DNA from: Dehalococcoidia bacterium | GTDB taxonomy: Bacteria > Chloroflexota > Dehalococcoidia > Lucifugimonadales > Australimonadaceae | Length of the DNA stretch: 64,000 nt | Direction: 5' to 3' | NCBI GenBank assembly: GCA_965247635.1 | Contig: CBDFHJ010000008.1 | Coordinates: 252,381 to 316,380 of the forward strand | In this document: positions 37,395 to 46,452 of the stretch, piece after piece | Layout of the letters: each line of letters begins with the position of its first letter | Position numbering within the stretch: position 1 is the first letter of the stretch | Notes under the pieces: generated by a model | The model's input: the letters and a program-made list of their open reading frames with translations, nothing else | The model's database searches: none | What the model was told of the DNA's origin: nothing | Translations under genes and position numbers: made by a program

Positions 37395-39587
37395 ATGGCC
37401 ACTGCCACCAAACCCCGCGACTTCGCCGGCCGGTTGAAGGCTACCCCCACGCAGCCTGGCGTGTACCTCATGCGCGACGTCAAAGGCGACGTCATCTACG
37501 TGGGTAAGGCCGCCAGTCTACGCAATCGCCTCCGCTCCTACTTCCAGACCCCCTCAGGTAAAGAAATCAAGGTCCAGCGCATGATGGGCCGGATCGCCGA
37601 CTTCGAGTACGTCGTCACCGAGACCGAATCGGAGGCGCTCATCCTCGAGAACTTGCTCATCAAGCGCCACAGGCCCTTCTACAACGTCCGGCTCAAAGAC
37701 GACAAGACCTATCCGTACATCAAAATCGACCTCAACGAGGAGTTCCCGCAGCTCTACTTCACCCGCCGGGTCCTGACCGACGGCGCCCGTTACTTCGGTC
37801 CCTTCGCCAGCGCCGGCTCCGTCCGCAAGACCATGGACCTGCTCAAGAAGCTCTTCCCCTACCGGTCGTGCACGAAGGTCATCACCGGCACCGACGAGCG
37901 CCCCTGTCTGGAGTACTACATCCACCGCTGCGTGGCCCCGTGCATCGGCGCCGTGGACCGCGACGAGTACCGGGAGGTCATCCGCCAGGTCATCATGTTC
38001 CTGGAGGGCGATACCGACCCGATCCTTCATGACCTGCAGCGCAAGATGCGGCTCGCCTCCGACTCCACGGAGTTCGAGCGGGCCGCGGCCCTCCGCGACC
38101 AGGTCCGCGCCATCGAATCGGTCACCGAAAACCAGAAGATCGCCTCCAGCAAGGACGAGAACGAAGATGTCCTCGCCTTGGCCGCTGACCGGGGCGAGGT
38201 GTGGGTCGGGCTGTTCAACATCCGACGCGGCAAGCTGGTGGGCCGCGACCACTTCATCATGGAAGGCGGCGAGGGTGAAGAGCCGCCCGCGCTGCTGGAA
38301 GGGTTTGTCCAGCAGTTCTACGACGACGCTACCGCCGTGCCCCCTGCCCTCCTGGTCCAGCACCCCATGCCCAACGCCGCGCTGGTGGAGGCGTGGCTCA
38401 CCGCCAAGCGTGGCGGTCGCGTATCGGTCCGGGTTCCCCAGCGAGGCGAGAAGCGGCGCCTGGTGGCCATGGTTGCCGAGAACGCCCAACAGGGCCTCGT
38501 CCAGCGCCGGATCAAGTGGCTCTCTCAGTCCGACCAAGTCCTGCAGGCCATGGGCGAAATCCAAGAGGCCCTAAGCCTGCCTGAGCTGCCCACGCGCATC
38601 GAGTGCTACGACATCTCCAACATCCAGGGCACCAACCCCGTCGGCAGCATGGTGGTCTTCGAGGACGGCCGCCCCAAGAGCTCCTACTACCGTCGTTTCC
38701 AGATCAAGACCGTGGAGGGCGTGGACGACTACTCCATGATGCAGGAGATGCTCCGCCGCCGCTTCAAGCGTCTGGGCGAGCAGCGCCAGCACGCGCTTCA
38801 CTCGCCAGGCCACACTGAGCCTGCCCTGAGCGCAGTCGAAGGAGTTGCCGAAGGGTCCCGCCTTGAAGAAGTACCCGTTCGTGGTGAGCCTGTCGAACCA
38901 CGAACTACTTCCGCTGAGGACGACGGCCAAGAGCCCTCCATGGGCACCGCCCGTGTCAAGCGTCGGCGTCGTCGCTACGCCCGCACCGGCGCCATGGCGC
39001 CCGACCAGCTGGCCGCTTGGGGTCCTGGGGGCGTGGCAAACGGCCCCGAGCATATCCAGGGTTCTGGGGGCGTGGCAAACGGCCCCCAGCAGGACAAAGC
39101 AAGCGTGACCCCGCAAGAGTCGTGGGGCTTGGTCCCCAGCCTGGTACTCATCGACGGCGGCAAGGGTCACCTCTCCGCGGTCCAGCAGGTCTTCCTGGAG
39201 CTGGGCGTCACCGACATCCCGCTGGCCAGCATCGCCAAGCAACAGGAGGAGATCTTCCTGCCACACCAGCCGGAGCCGGTACTGCTCCCGCGCGCCTCAC
39301 AGGGTCTGTACCTGGTCCAACGCGTCCGCGACGAGGCCCATCGCTTCGCCATCACCTACCACCGTCAGCGCCGCAGCAAGGCCTCCACCCGCTCCGCCCT
39401 CGACTCGGTGCCGGGCGTCGGCCCCAAGCGCCGACGTGCGCTGTTGCGGGAGTTCGGCAGCGTGCCCCGGATCCGTGAGGCCTCGCTCGACGAGCTGGCC
39501 GCCGTCCCCGGCATGACCACTGCCCTCGCCCACCGGGTCAAGGACGGGCTGGGGGGTAGGGACCAAGGCGTTGAGCGGCCTGCATAG
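37395..39587 (+). CDS. uvrC: excinuclease ABC subunit C with a ~110-aa insertion
   Basis: GIY-YIG domain (PGVY...IYVGKA), UVR domain, IECYDISN, LIDGGKG, RDEAHRFA and HhH motifs. Confidence 0.97.
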   Translation: MATATKPRDFAGRLKATPTQPGVYLMRDVKGDVIYVGKAASLRNRLRSYFQTPSGKEIKVQRMMGRIADFEYVVTETESEALILENLLIKRHRPFYNVRLKDDKTYPYIKIDLNEEFPQLYFTRRVLTDGARYFGPFASAGSVRKTMDLLKKLFPYRSCTKVITGTDERPCLEYYIHRCVAPCIGAVDRDEYREVIRQVIMFLEGDTDPILHDLQRKMRLASDSTEFERAAALRDQVRAIESVTENQKIASSKDENEDVLALAADRGEVWVGLFNIRRGKLVGRDHFIMEGGEGEEPPALLEGFVQQFYDDATAVPPALLVQHPMPNAALVEAWLTAKRGGRVSVRVPQRGEKRRLVAMVAENAQQGLVQRRIKWLSQSDQVLQAMGEIQEALSLPELPTRIECYDISNIQGTNPVGSMVVFEDGRPKSSYYRRFQIKTVEGVDDYSMMQEMLRRRFKRLGEQRQHALHSPGHTEPALSAVEGVAEGSRLEEVPVRGEPVEPRTTSAEDDGQEPSMGTARVKRRRRRYARTGAMAPDQLAAWGPGGVANGPEHIQGSGGVANGPQQDKASVTPQESWGLVPSLVLIDGGKGHLSAVQQVFLELGVTDIPLASIAKQQEEIFLPHQPEPVLLPRASQGLYLVQRVRDEAHRFAITYHRQRRSKASTRSALDSVPGVGPKRRRALLREFGSVPRIREASLDELAAVPGMTTALAHRVKDGLGGRDQGVERPA

Positions 39588-39594
39588 AGCAAAC

Positions 39595-39632
39595 TCCCTT
39601 CCCCTCTATGCGGGGGAAGGTTAGGATGGGGG
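39595..39632 (+). repeat. CCCTTCCCC...GGGGAAGGTTAGGATGGGG-type hairpin element
   Basis: Related hairpins near 29668, 34231, 57738, 57953 and 63841. Confidence 0.6.
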
Positions 39633-39633
39633 C

Positions 39634-42510
39634 ATGACCTTCCTCGCCGCCTTCAATTTTTCCCGCGTCGGAAGGGCCATCGCCATCCTTGTCCTCATCG
39701 CCTTCGTCGCGCTGCTGGCCGCGTGCAACGGTGGCGGCGCTGCCGCTACCGTCACGCCAACCACTGGCGGCACCACCGTGACCCCCTCCGACCTTCCGGC
39801 CACTCCATCGCCGTCGGCAACCCCCACGGCGACAGACGACTCCCAGGCAGCCTCGACACCCACACCCACCGTTCCGGGACGGCCCGGACCCACACCCACA
39901 CTCACGGTCACCGCCACGGCGACAGCTACGGCAACTCCTGTCCCAACACCCGCCGCCCCTTTGCCGAAGCGTGAGGTGGCCTTCACCGTGCACGCGCCCG
40001 ACAACACACCAGCCGGCGATACTGTCTACCTTCTCGTAAAGCCCTTTGTCGACTGGCACTGGGAGGCTGAAGACCATATTGGCCTGGCCCCGCAAGGCGA
40101 CGGCCTGTGGACGGGCACCGCTTCGGTTCCGGAAGGGGCCGTTGTCCACTACGTCTACGACCGCTGGAACGAGCAGGAGTGGGGCCAATTCAAGCGCACT
40201 CGTGAGGGCTTTGGCGCGTCGGTCGAGATCGAGAGCCGCCTGCTGCTGGTCACCCCCGACCTTGACTTGGTCGAAGACACCATCGAGACGTGGAACGACC
40301 TGCGTGCCTCCGCCCTTACGGGCACCATCACCGGCCTCGTGACCGACGCTGCTACCGGCGCTCCCCTCATGGATACCAACATCGCCGTGGGCGGCATTCA
40401 CACCGCCACCGACTACGACGGCCGGTTCAAGGTCGAGGGCATCGCCGCCGGGAGTCAGCGCCTCACTTTCTACCGCACCCTGGGCGACTATCAGCCTACC
40501 GCAGCCATGGTCCAGGTGCCCGCCTCCGACGAGGCGCAGGTTGACGTGGCCATGGACGCGGCGGCACGAGTGGCAGTTACCTTCGACGTAGCGCTGCCTG
40601 AGGACACACCCCCCGAGGCCCAGGTCCACCTTCTGGGTGGCGTGTACCAGGCTGGGGCACGCGCGATTAGCCACAACAACTATCCCTTCATGCTAAGTGG
40701 CCGCTATCCGCGCTTGGAGCGCGTGACGCCGGACCGGGCCGTCGTTACTTTGGAGCTGTACGAGGGGACGTACCTCCCGTACTACTACTCCATCGGCGGC
40801 GAGTCGAGGGGCAGGGAATTCAATGGCCAGGGCCGCGTGGTGTTTCGGGGTATGGTGGTCGGCGCTTCGCCACAAGAGGTACGCCACGACCGAGTGACGA
40901 CGTGGTGGGTGGAATTCTGGCCGCGCATCACCTTTCGTCTGACCGTGCCCCCAAACACTCCGCCGGGCGTACCCATCAACTCGAACCAAGGGATGGTCCA
41001 GACCGGCCCGTTTGAATGGGCCTCTTGGATGCACAACATCCCCAACGATACCCTCTCGTACAGCTACATGCTCGGTAACGACGCCCTCGACGCCGACGCT
41101 ACCCCTGGCCTAGCAGGCGCTGACCGAACGGTCGCCATCGACGACGAGGACATCGTAGTAGAGGACTTGGTGACACGGTGGGCAGGCCTGCCGGCCGCCA
41201 CACGCCCGCCCGACGGGACCTTGGTGCCCGTCACCTTCCGTGTGAGCGTGCCGAGCACCACCCCGCGCGACGCCGTTGTGAGGTGGGTCGGAGGTGACGA
41301 GGTAGCCATGACGGTGGCCATGACACCGCAGCAGGGCAATCCCTGGCTCTATGAGGCCACCGTGGACCTCCCCGTGGGTCAGACCGCCGGCTACAACCTG
41401 GAGCTCGCCACCGACCCTCCGGCCTTCGGCTCGGTCCGCGCTTTAGCCGTGGAGCACGATGCCCATGTGGTCGACGACTGGGTCACCGTTTGGTCGAACG
41501 AGCCTTTGACTGGACCCATGACGGGTGCAGGCACCCGCCCCGATTTCGTCACCGGCATCTACACTCCCGATTATTGGAGCCCCCACTTCCTGCCGCTATC
41601 CGACACAACCTTCCAGCGGATCGGCGAGCACAACGCGGAGTGGGTGGTCGTCTCTTCGGTCTGGAGTTACGGCCAGACCTACCCGGTGCCGGTAGTCGAG
41701 CCGCGGCCCGTCAACGCCGGGAGCGTCTTCACGCCCAAGGAGGAGATCGTCGCCCAGGCCGCCATCGCCCGTCAGCATGACCTAAGGGTCATCCTTGGCC
41801 CTCAGTTCAACATGGAGATGTCCCCCGAGGGCCCCGAGCCCGTGTGCGGCGCCCACTCGCAAGCGTGGTGGGATGCCTGGCTCGGCGAGGCCGACCGGCT
41901 GTGGATGTGGAACGCCATCGTTGCCGAGGAGATCGACGCCGAGGCGATGGTCCTGCCCGGCCCCTGTTTCCACGTCTTTATCGGCGTGGGTGACGGCCCC
42001 GGCGACCCCTACTTCACGGAGTTCGATCAGCGTGTCGCCGCGCTCGTCGCCAAGGTGCGGGGCGTGTACGACGGCAAGCTCATCATCAGCGGCGGGATTC
42101 GCGACTTCGAGTTTCCCGGCCTGGCCGACTTCGTGGGTGTGACCGCCTACGGCACCGGCCATCCGGACCTGCCTTACGACGCGACCGTGGACGAGTGGCG
42201 CGATGCCTACGACGCGCGCTTCACCCAGGCGGTGGACCCCCTTTATGAGCGCTGGGGCAAGCCCGTCATGTTCTACCAATTCCACCTGCCGCGCCACGTG
42301 GACGACCCCGACCCCACCGGCCAGGAGTTCCAGGCTCGGCGACTGGAAGGAGCCCTTCAGGCGCTGGAGCAGCGTCCGTGGCTGGCGGGCTTTCTCTCCT
42401 GGTCCTACGCAATGGTCGACGCTCCGCTGGCCAACGAGGACGGCCTCCGCGCCCGCCTTGCCGAGGCGGTCCTAGCCAAGTACTACGGCGTCTTCACCGG
42501 CCGCGACTAG
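39634..42510 (+). CDS. lipoprotein with CBM20-like beta domains, a carboxypeptidase-regulatory-like domain and a C-terminal GH113-like TIM barrel
   Basis: LLAAC lipobox, PT linker, repeated V.F.V..P..TP modules, ITGLVTDAATGAPL, and KVRGVYDGKL...WGKPVMF. Confidence 0.75.
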   Translation: MTFLAAFNFSRVGRAIAILVLIAFVALLAACNGGGAAATVTPTTGGTTVTPSDLPATPSPSATPTATDDSQAASTPTPTVPGRPGPTPTLTVTATATATATPVPTPAAPLPKREVAFTVHAPDNTPAGDTVYLLVKPFVDWHWEAEDHIGLAPQGDGLWTGTASVPEGAVVHYVYDRWNEQEWGQFKRTREGFGASVEIESRLLLVTPDLDLVEDTIETWNDLRASALTGTITGLVTDAATGAPLMDTNIAVGGIHTATDYDGRFKVEGIAAGSQRLTFYRTLGDYQPTAAMVQVPASDEAQVDVAMDAAARVAVTFDVALPEDTPPEAQVHLLGGVYQAGARAISHNNYPFMLSGRYPRLERVTPDRAVVTLELYEGTYLPYYYSIGGESRGREFNGQGRVVFRGMVVGASPQEVRHDRVTTWWVEFWPRITFRLTVPPNTPPGVPINSNQGMVQTGPFEWASWMHNIPNDTLSYSYMLGNDALDADATPGLAGADRTVAIDDEDIVVEDLVTRWAGLPAATRPPDGTLVPVTFRVSVPSTTPRDAVVRWVGGDEVAMTVAMTPQQGNPWLYEATVDLPVGQTAGYNLELATDPPAFGSVRALAVEHDAHVVDDWVTVWSNEPLTGPMTGAGTRPDFVTGIYTPDYWSPHFLPLSDTTFQRIGEHNAEWVVVSSVWSYGQTYPVPVVEPRPVNAGSVFTPKEEIVAQAAIARQHDLRVILGPQFNMEMSPEGPEPVCGAHSQAWWDAWLGEADRLWMWNAIVAEEIDAEAMVLPGPCFHVFIGVGDGPGDPYFTEFDQRVAALVAKVRGVYDGKLIISGGIRDFEFPGLADFVGVTAYGTGHPDLPYDATVDEWRDAYDARFTQAVDPLYERWGKPVMFYQFHLPRHVDDPDPTGQEFQARRLEGALQALEQRPWLAGFLSWSYAMVDAPLANEDGLRARLAEAVLAKYYGVFTGRD

Positions 42511-42595
42511 CGGAACCACCCGCTTGCTGGCACCCCGTACCGGCCTCTAAGATGGCCTAGGTAGCTCATAAAAAGGCTGTATTGGGGGTTGGCCA

Positions 42596-43297
42596 ATGGT
42601 TCGTTACAGAGCCATTCTGTTCGATGCCGATAGGACCCTCTGGTATTCGCCGACCTCTCCGGATGGGGTCTGGCGCAGAATACTTACAGACCTCGGGCTT
42701 GACGTGCCGTCGGAGCAGGTCGAAGCAGCGTGGGAGAAAGAATGGAGGCTACTTGCACGCGAGTTCGCAGTTTTCGAATCCTCAAGGCATCCGAACGAAC
42801 AGTTAGCCGTCGAAAGCATGTGGCCAGCTTCGGAGAAGAGGATTATTGAGGGCCTAGGCCTCACCGTCGACCTGGACAGATTAAGACGAGTCGCTGATGA
42901 CCGATTTGCCGCCAACGCAGACCTGTACCCGGAGACGCTAGACGTATTGACACGGCTCAGCACGATGGGTATGCGGTTCGCTATAGTCTCCAATGGCGTC
43001 AATCAGGAGCAAACGGCTGGACGGCTCGGCATAGACGGTTACTTTCACGCAATTGTCGGGTCGGTCCATGTGGGATTCGCCAAGCCCTCGCCCGAGATAT
43101 TCCACCTGGCCCTGTCCGCGCTGGGTATCGGATCTGAGCAGGCCATCATGGTCGGCGACAACTGGGAGGCCGATGTCCTGGGCGCCAAGGGTGCCGGTAT
43201 CAGAGGCGTTCACTTGGCCCGAGACGGAGACTCCCCAGGCTCCGACTCCATGAAGGATCTCCGGGGGCTGATCGATATCCTGACCCCAAACACGTAG
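42596..43297 (+). CDS. HAD-family hydrolase
   Basis: ILFDADRTL, IVSNG, KPSPEIF and MVGDNWEADV.GA motifs. Confidence 0.9.
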   Translation: MVRYRAILFDADRTLWYSPTSPDGVWRRILTDLGLDVPSEQVEAAWEKEWRLLAREFAVFESSRHPNEQLAVESMWPASEKRIIEGLGLTVDLDRLRRVADDRFAANADLYPETLDVLTRLSTMGMRFAIVSNGVNQEQTAGRLGIDGYFHAIVGSVHVGFAKPSPEIFHLALSALGIGSEQAIMVGDNWEADVLGAKGAGIRGVHLARDGDSPGSDSMKDLRGLIDILTPNT

Positions 43298-43474
43298 TAG
43301 CCACTCTAAAGGGCTAGGCACCGATTGAGGAGGGTGCAAGGAACCTCGGTTCCCTGTCGGGGGTTCTGAAGGGGGACACCCCCTTCTTTTCAAAAGGTTA
43401 CGAGGGCGGAGTGGGTGGGAGCGGCAACGTCAGCCCAATAATGCCCAATGAACGGGACGTGGTACCCTACGCAC

Positions 43475-44221
43475 ATGATCCCCCTCTCGGACCCAGACCT
43501 ACAGCACTACCGCGACAGACCCGTTGTCACCATTACCCTCATCGCGCTGAACGTCCTGGTGTTCCTGTACATGGTCGGCCTCGACTCGGTTGAGCAGTTC
43601 ATCTTCACCTACCGCTACGGCGTTATCCCCGTCGAGCTGACCGGCGGTGAAGAGCTGGGCCGTGCGTTGCTGGGTTCGCAGCGGATCCCCGTGGACCTCA
43701 GCTCTCCCGTGCCAACCTGGGCCACCATGTTCACCTCCATGTTCCTCCACGGCGGCTGGATGCACCTGGGCGGCAACATGCTCTTTCTCTGGGTCTTTGG
43801 CGACAATGTGGAGCACCGCTTCGGCCATGTGCGCTACCTGCTCATCTACCTGGGCACCGGACTCGCCGCGGTCTGGGCCCAGGTCCTGATCAATACCGAT
43901 TCGGACGTACCCATGATCGGCGCCAGCGGTGCCATCGCCGGTGTCCTCGGCGCCTACCTGCTCCTCTTCCCCTACAGCCGGGTCAATACCCTCCTCCTCC
44001 TGGGATTCTTCATCATGTTTCGGCGTCTCCCGGCGGTTTTTCTCTTGGGGTTTTGGATGCTCCTTCAAGCCTTCAGCGGCATCGGCTCCCTGGGGATTTC
44101 CACCGGTGGGGGCGTGGCCTACTTCGCTCACATAGGAGGCTTCGTTGCTGGCCTAGCGGTGGTGGCTACCTTCCGCCTGTTTCGCGGCGAGCGCATCTGG
44201 CACCCACGCCGTTACTGGTAA
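43475..44221 (+). CDS. rhomboid intramembrane serine protease
   Basis: SMFLHGGWMHL.GNM, GASGAI and AHIGGF motifs. Confidence 0.93.
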   Translation: MIPLSDPDLQHYRDRPVVTITLIALNVLVFLYMVGLDSVEQFIFTYRYGVIPVELTGGEELGRALLGSQRIPVDLSSPVPTWATMFTSMFLHGGWMHLGGNMLFLWVFGDNVEHRFGHVRYLLIYLGTGLAAVWAQVLINTDSDVPMIGASGAIAGVLGAYLLLFPYSRVNTLLLLGFFIMFRRLPAVFLLGFWMLLQAFSGIGSLGISTGGGVAYFAHIGGFVAGLAVVATFRLFRGERIWHPRRYW

Positions 44222-44329
44222 CACGTACGCCACGAGAGCTGCTTGCTGGAGGATGTGGCGTGGGGCACGTACGCGCCGTTCCGCGACACCGACGGCAACG
44301 AGTTTCTTCTCAGGGGCCCGTGACCTCCT

Positions 44330-44722
44330 CTACCCGTCCACCACCAGGACCGCCTCGATCTCCAACAGGTAGTCCGGGTTGGCCAGCCCGCTCACGATGA
44401 GCAGCGTGTTGGCCGGCGGGTCCGTGGACCACAGCTCCCCTCGCGCCGCCCGCAGGTCCGGAATGTAGCGAGGGTCCGTCAGGTAGGTGGTCAGCTTCAC
44501 CACGTCCTCCATCCGGCCACCGGCGGCCTGCACCGCGGCCCTGAGGTTGGCGTACACCTGCCGCGCCTGGGCCGGGAAGTCGGCCTTCCCCACGACGTTC
44601 CCCTCCCGGTCCGCCGATGTCTGCCCGGCGATGAACACCAGGTTCCCCGCCTTTACCACGTGGGTATACCGTCCCGTCGTGTCCACCAGCTCTGGAGGGC
44701 TGATGTGCTGCACTTCCGCCAT
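44330..44722 (-). CDS. RidA/YjgF family protein
   Basis: VFIAGQ, DVVKLTTYL and PANTL...LLEIEAV motifs. Confidence 0.9.
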   Translation of the reverse strand: MAEVQHISPPELVDTTGRYTHVVKAGNLVFIAGQTSADREGNVVGKADFPAQARQVYANLRAAVQAAGGRMEDVVKLTTYLTDPRYIPDLRAARGELWSTDPPANTLLIVSGLANPDYLLEIEAVLVVDG

Positions 44723-44807
44723 AGCGGTCCTCCTGGATTAAACTACCGGCCTCGACGCCGGCGTGCTCAGTATAGGCCTCCGTGTGACCGGCGAGTCTGT
44801 AAGGCCG

Positions 44808-45175
44808 CTCACCAGGGCGCGGCCCTGGACCCACGTGCGGTGTCCCCATCGTAATCTTGAGCGGAGCGTTTGCAAGCCCACGCCGGGTCGCCTCGACTTG
44901 TCGGTGGCGCCCTCACTAGGGCACGGCCCTGTCCGATGATGCTTCGCTCATCGAGACTCTCGATAGCCCCGATCTATCGGGGCTATCGGAGGACCTCCGC
45001 CTTAGGCGTGCGGTGTCCCCACCGTAATCTTGGGCGGAGCGTTTGTAAGCCCGCGCCGGACCGCCTCGACCAGCAGGCCGGCCGAAGTTTATCCTGAGCC
45101 TGACGAAGGGGGATGAGCCGGGTGAGTAAAATAGCTTCGGAGCTGGGGGCCGTTCGCCACGCCCCCAGACCCCAG
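44808..45175 (-). repeat. two-unit repeat array with nested insertions, plus a GGGGGCGTGGC.AACGGCCCC element
   Basis: Units at 44808-44897 and 44912-45070 share CAC.AGGGC.CGGCCCTG, GTGCGGTGTCCCCA.CGTAATCTTG.GCGGAGCGTTTG.AAGCCC.CGCCGG and CGCCTCGAC. Confidence 0.85.
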
Positions 45176-45183
45176 GGCACGAC

Positions 45184-45222
45184 AAAACGAAACGGGGCAG
45201 GTACATGACCTACCCCGTTTCG
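45184..45222 (-). terminator. intrinsic terminator
   Basis: Minus strand CGAAACGGGGTAGGT-CATGT-ACCTGCCCCGTTTCG followed by TTTT. Confidence 0.8.
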
Positions 45223-45360
45223 AACGCCACGGGAGTGATCTCTTTTTAGGCACCGGGCCTACACACTGGGGGCCGCTCGCCGCCTGCCCTCCGAAGGAGT
45301 CCGGAGCCCTTCGGACCGACCTGTCGGTGGCGCCCCCCGACCCCAACGGTGCAACCGACG
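45184..45360 (-). ncRNA. candidate structured non-coding RNA
   Basis: Long imperfect hairpin of about 110 nt (45251-45360), paired by eye, followed by a terminator; no convincing ORF. Confidence 0.35.
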
Positions 45361-45453
45361 TTAGGTACTCCTATCACACCTTCCTAGCCAGAGCAAGTTG
45401 GGCCTGACGGTCCAGTCCGCTTGGCTTTTGCGTAACTGTAACTGAGGGCCCGC

Positions 45454-46230
45454 CTAGGCCCTCCTTGACTCCTCGCCCACCATCATGCCCACCGGGTTCC
45501 GCGCCTCTTGCGGCACGGAAGGCGTCGTGTCCTCGACCGCTTCCACCGTCTCTTGAGCGAGTGTCCCTCGGCTTTCCACCTCGGCTCGGAGCGTCGTCAG
45601 CAGTCCGATGGCGACGTCGATGTACTCCGTGGTCAGGGGCGAAGAGAAGTGCAGCTTGCCCGCCCCCACCACGAGTCCGTCGATTTCGGGGCCCGACGGG
45701 TACCCGGTGCCGCCCCAGCCGGTACTCTGGGAATTCCTAGAATACTCTGCGGTTTTATCTGCCTCTGTAAGCCGGCCCAGCACCCGGACCGCGTCGGTCA
45801 GGTGCTTCTGGATAAGGGAGGACCTACGCAGGACCTCTTCTCGGGGTGCTTTGGTCAGCTCCTCCAGCCCTATAAACAGGCCAAGGTCGTCCGGTATCTC
45901 TCCCTCGAAGCGGTGGTAGAGCTGGCGGAGCAACTCCACCTTGTGAAACGCCTCCGCCCGGGCCTGACGGCCTTCTTCCGGTGAAGCAGGTTGAAGGATG
46001 CGCTGGGCCAACGGCGAGGTGCGCAGCTCTCCCCTGCCCTCGATCAGGCCGAAGTCACGCAACGCCGCCACCTTCGCGAACAGCGTCCCGCTTCCCTCCG
46101 CCATGCCAAGTTCCCACGCCAGACCCTTCACGCTGACGGTCCCCTTGAACCTGGTGAAGATGCGTCCCGCGATCTCGACCGCGTCCCCAAATCGGATGTC
46201 TGGGTAGGTAAAGGATCCTAGCTTCGCCAT
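45454..46230 (-). CDS. hypothetical protein with a probable winged-helix N-terminal domain
   Basis: LAWELGM...SGTLF.KVAALRDFGLIE...R.SPLA.RIL; GGAGG RBS before the ATG at 46230. Confidence 0.75.
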   Translation of the reverse strand: MAKLGSFTYPDIRFGDAVEIAGRIFTRFKGTVSVKGLAWELGMAEGSGTLFAKVAALRDFGLIEGRGELRTSPLAQRILQPASPEEGRQARAEAFHKVELLRQLYHRFEGEIPDDLGLFIGLEELTKAPREEVLRRSSLIQKHLTDAVRVLGRLTEADKTAEYSRNSQSTGWGGTGYPSGPEIDGLVVGAGKLHFSSPLTTEYIDVAIGLLTTLRAEVESRGTLAQETVEAVEDTTPSVPQEARNPVGMMVGEESRRA

Positions 46231-46276
46231 GTGTCCCTCCTGGGCCCTCCCTGCGCGCCAAGTGCAGAATGGGGCC

Positions 46277-46305
46277 AGTGTAACCACTTCTAGCTTGCTT
46301 GTCAA
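46277..46305 (-). promoter_or_regulatory. near-consensus sigma70 promoter
   Basis: TTGACA-17 bp-TACACT on the minus strand. Confidence 0.75.
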
Positions 46306-46416
46306 GAGGTTTATCTAGTTTTTGCTGGAATTAATAGCAAAATAGTAGCTGAAATGCAGATTGTTTGTGTTCTGTTAAGATCCTCTGACTGAGTTCGAAT
46401 GGTAAGCCACGTAGGC

Positions 46417-46445
46417 TTGCCTAATTAGCATGCAAACCTTACAAT
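46417..46445 (+). promoter_or_regulatory. sigma70 promoter of the mod regulator (probably leaderless)
   Basis: TTGCCT-17 bp-TACAAT, with GTG 7 nt downstream. Confidence 0.7.
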
Positions 46446-46452
46446 TGCGCCC

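Noticed and set aside
45251-45360. SRP (4.5S) RNA
   Set aside because: The size is similar, but the conserved CAGG-stem-GNRA-stem-AGCAG helix 8 is absent; kept only as an unassigned ncRNA candidate.
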